From: Takakia lepidozioides
Taxonomy: Eukaryota; Plantae; Bryophyta
DNA length: 64,000 bases
Assembly: GCA_030704615.1 (NCBI GenBank)
Contig: CM060732.1
Location: forward strand, 1,426,001 to 1,490,000
Direction: 5' to 3'
The stretch's first letter is position 1. The number at the start of each line of letters is the position of its first letter. Shown here piece after piece: positions 60,193-64,000 of this stretch. The translations under genes were made by a program, and so were the position numbers. The notes under the pieces were generated by a model, which did no database searches, was not told the origin of the DNA, and was given only the letters and a program-made list of their open reading frames with translations.

Positions 60193-63100
60193 TGTCGCGC
60201 ACCTCCCTTCGGTAAGCTCCCCTTCACGTCATAGTTACTCGCGTTGATGCGCGCGCCTGACTCCCAACCTGGCCGCCGGGCCAACTTGGAGCTTCGGCTG
60301 CTCACCGGGACATAACGGTCCCCCCTTCGCTTCCCACTAAACCCTCCACCTAATTTGGGACTAGCGGAATTCCCTTTGGTAGATGGCAGTCCGGAACAGC
60401 TCCCCACTCTTTGGTCGCTTTCCGGCTCGCTCGCTTACTCACTAGTTTTTGGTCACCAACGGGCTTGCACCGTTCTCGGGGTTACTACTCCCTATATATA
60501 CTTCTGTAGCTGTCCGCGGGGTTTCACAACCAGCCATGCCATTTTATGGCGAACCACCACGAAAACCCTCGATTCCCGGTGGTGAGTCGCGGTGAGTCTT
60601 GGCCCACTCACCGCGGCCCAATGGACCGTGATGAGTCCCAAGACTCCCCACGACTCCCACCACGAGGTCTCCACCCCATGGTGAGTCCTATGCCACCCCC
60701 ACTAAGTCCCGCTAAGCTACCACCACCCCTTGTGGAGCCACCCCCACCGCAACCCGGTGTGCGGGGCTCCACCTAGTGAGCGCCTCCGCCTCCTTGAGTG
60801 CCTTGGGCACTCAAGGGTGCTTCAGCCCCCGTACCTATCGCTGCTACTGCCCCCACCACAGGGGCAGCCCCTCATGTGTCCCGACCCCCTGCCCTCAAGG
60901 CAAAGGGCCGCGACACACACCCCTACCAACAGGGAGTCGATGTCCTCATCGACTTGTCCATTTTGTAGAAACGAACATCCAAGTTGTGGCGTCCCACATC
61001 AAGGAGTTTGTTTCCGTACCATGGCGTCCCATGGCAAAGAACCAAACCCCACACTTGACTCTACTCTCCACTAGCTAGTTCGGCCGACTTCCTCCAAGTC
61101 CCGGCCAAGGGTGGAGCCTCTCAAGCTCCTCCCAGTGCACTCTTCTTGGCCTACTTCAAGGCCAAGGAACGATCCTCCCCGAGGATCGAATCGCCTTACT
61201 GCAACAACATTGCTTGCGATCGCTCATGATGCCGCTTTTGGCATCACCTTGAGCAAGGGTTCACCTGGAACCCTCTTTGACTAGGAAGATAACCTTGAAC
61301 CAACCGTGCGCCCCAATCACTACAATTGGGTCCGCCTTGGAATGCTGGCCTGAGGTACGGGAACACGCCGAAGCCGCACTACGACTTCGTCCCGAGGCTA
61401 CACGATTATAGTACGTGAACGGAAGCACGTAGCTTCCGCGTTAGCCCGCACTACAAGGCAACCCCCTCGGTAGCGCAGTTATAGTACGCGCACGCGCCAG
61501 GTGCGCACTAGCACGTGAACTCCCAAAGAAGGCGCAAGTTTCCTTGCCCCTTGGATGGGGGTCACCCGATTTCGGCACTACGCAAACACACGATTAACCC
61601 AATTTACCTCTCCCACTTTTATAAGCTAGCATGCATTCTACACACTAGCCAACCATACCATGCATCACCATTCCAAACAAAATAGGACGCACAACATTTG
61701 GAATCCATTTCATTTATAGCAAATTTTGTACAATACAAGTTTTTGCAATCGGATTCCTAAGCTAGCTAAGCCGGGCTAAGCATGCATTTCCTCCCCCACG
61801 CTCCAAGGTTGATGTCCCCATCAACGCTTCTTCCGCTTTTGAGGTCGCCCTTCGAAAGCTGCAACCGCCTCGGATGCGTTTCCCATTTCTGAGGCACGCA
61901 CCCAAGATGCCTCCACATGATGATAGCCCTTCCATTTGACGAGATACTCCGTTTCTCGGTTCTTGAACCTCCTCGACTTAAGTATTGCCTCCACCTCGTA
62001 CTCAGGTTCATTTTCATGATCCAACAGCATAGGTGGCGGACGCAACACTTGATGCCGATTCGGACGCGCTTCATCTTTGAAGTAAGGCTTCAAAAGGGAG
62101 ACATGGAATACTGGGTGCACCTTGCTGTTTGCCGGCAGCTCCAATTCATACACATCCTCATTCATAACCTTCCGAATGCGAAAGGGTCCCGCATACGGAG
62201 GTACGAACTTCGGACTCACTTCCGGAGGTAGTCGGAAATTCTTGATGTTCAACCAGACCTCTGTGCCTGCCTCAAACTTCACTTCCCTCCGCTTCCGATT
62301 CGCCTGCCTTTCATACCGTTTCCTAGCTTTGGCAATGTTGTACTTTGCGAGCTTCAACAAACGCTCGCGTTCTTCCAGTACCGCCGCTACTGCCGGTTCC
62401 TCAACGTCCTGGGCGGCCCAACTTGTCGGCACCAGAGGTGCTTTTCCATAGACCAATACGAAAGGGGAAACTCCCGTTGCGGAGTGTTCTGTGTTATTAT
62501 AACAGAACTCTGCCGCGTCTAAGTGTTCCATCCAGTCTGATTGGTCTGCCGACACGTAATTCCGCAAGAATTGCTTCACTACGGAATTCACTCTTTCCGT
62601 TTGGCCGTCCGTCGTAGGTCGGAAGGCGGTGCTCATCTTCAGCCTCGTCCCCATCTTCTTCCAAAGTGCCTCCAAAATTTACTCGTAAACTTTGGATCGC
62701 GGTCCGAGACAATATCCTTCGGGACTCCATGATGCTTTAAGACGTGGGCGAAGTAAAGTCGCCCTGTCTCCTGCGCCGTTGCCGTCTCCTTGGTGGGGAT
62801 GAAATGGCCCATTTTACTGAACCTATCCACCACCACCATGATTGCATCGAATCCTTTTGACAGCGGCATAGCAGTCATGAAATCCATCGAGACGCTTTCC
62901 CAAGTCCCCTCTGGAATCGGCAAGGGTTGTAACAGCCCCGCTTGCTTTTTGTACTCGCTCCGGTTTTGTTGGCATGTGGTGCATGTCTTGACATACTCCT
63001 CTGCCTCCTCCCTCAGTTTGGGCCAGAAATACTCTTTCTTCAAGAGTGCCGCAGTGCGCTTGGCTCCGCCGTGGCCCGCAAGCGGGCTATCATGGCATTC

Positions 63101-64000
63101 TCTCAAGAGGCTATCTCTGATCCCTCCCTTCGGCACGTAGAGACGCTTTTGCTTATACCGGAGCAGTCCATTTTGCAAGTGGAACTGCGATTTAACCCCC
63201 ATCCTCAAGTCCTGCATCACGGACTTCGCCAGCTCATCCTTCCGGATCTTCCTTTGGAGCGCCGTCTCGCCCTTGTACACCAACAAGAGCTGCTGCTTTC
63301 TACTTAAAGCATCGGCCACCACGTTGTCTCGTCCCGGTTTGTACTGGATATCCACGTCGAACACCGCCAAAGTATCTTGCCACCTAAGTTGTTTTGGGGA
63401 CAACTTGGGCTGCGTGGCAAAATACTTCACCGTGACATTGTCCGTGAACACCTTCACTGGGTTGGAACCAACATAGTGGCGCCAAAGCTCAAGACAGTGC
63501 ACCACCGCCTTCATCTCTTTTTCGTGCGTCGGCCACCGTCGCTCCACTTCATTCAGTTTCTTACTTTCGTAAGCCACTGGACGTCCATCTTGCATAAGTA
63601 CACCCCCAATCGCGAAGTCCGACGCATCTGTATGAATCTCGAACGGACGATCGAACTCCGGGATTTTCAAGACTGGAGCTTCCGCCATCCGCTGCTTCAA
63701 TTCAGCAAAAGCTTGGCCACAAAAGGTGTTCCATGCCCAGACTTTGGATTTACACAGAAGGTCTGACAGCGGCCCCGCGATCTTGGCGAAATTTCTCACA
63801 TACTTCCGGTAATAGGAGGCGAGTCCTAGGAAGGATCGCACTCCCGGGACCGAAGTCGGAGGCTCCCAGTCCAAGATCGCCCTCACCTTTCTGTCATCCA
63901 TTTTGATCCCATCCTGTGTAATCACATGCCCCAGGAACTCCACTTTTGTGACCCCGAATTCGCACTTTGAAGCTTTGGCATACAGCTTCCCTTCTCGCAA
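60193..64000 (-). mobile_element. Gypsy copy 3 (3' LTR 60193-60915, 3' region, partial pol), runs off the window
   Basis: Near-identical to 9030-12840. Confidence 0.96.
61821..64000 (-). pseudogene. pol (RT end, RNase H, integrase, chromodomain) with a frameshift near 62670
   Basis: ORFs 62639..64000 and 61821..62675. Confidence 0.92.

Overview
Eukaryotic land-plant nuclear DNA, probably a seed-free plant judging from the PLS-PPR style and TE content (species not determinable). It is TE-rich and holds two apparently intact host genes: an 8-exon purple acid phosphatase (+, 29080-42390) and a 3-exon AVT1-type amino-acid transporter (-, 54306-56511). The rest comprises: four copies of one Galadriel-like Ty3/gypsy chromovirus (two partial, one full-length, one rearranged solo LTR); two diverged, decayed Mutator-like elements whose transposase reads novel N-domain / GCM-like Zn finger / DDE / Cys domain / SWIM; a PLS-PPR pseudogene; a Mutator MITE; an L1 LINE; and an RTE/RTEX-like LINE cluster in the last phosphatase intron. 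The most striking unexplained structure is that the two Mutator-like elements carry about 35 copies of a palindromic (A)ATTCGGCGCC motif, spaced within each cluster at whole multiples of about 10.6-10.7 bp (helical phasing), even where the spacers are unrelated. In copy 2 this looks like a repeat-spacer array. Second, the RTE/RTEX-like LINE appears to have inserted repeatedly at one TC-rich site and once, inverted, into itself, creating about 3.8 kb of inverted repeat inside a host intron. All calls were made by eye from the sequence and ORF track; no database searches were run.
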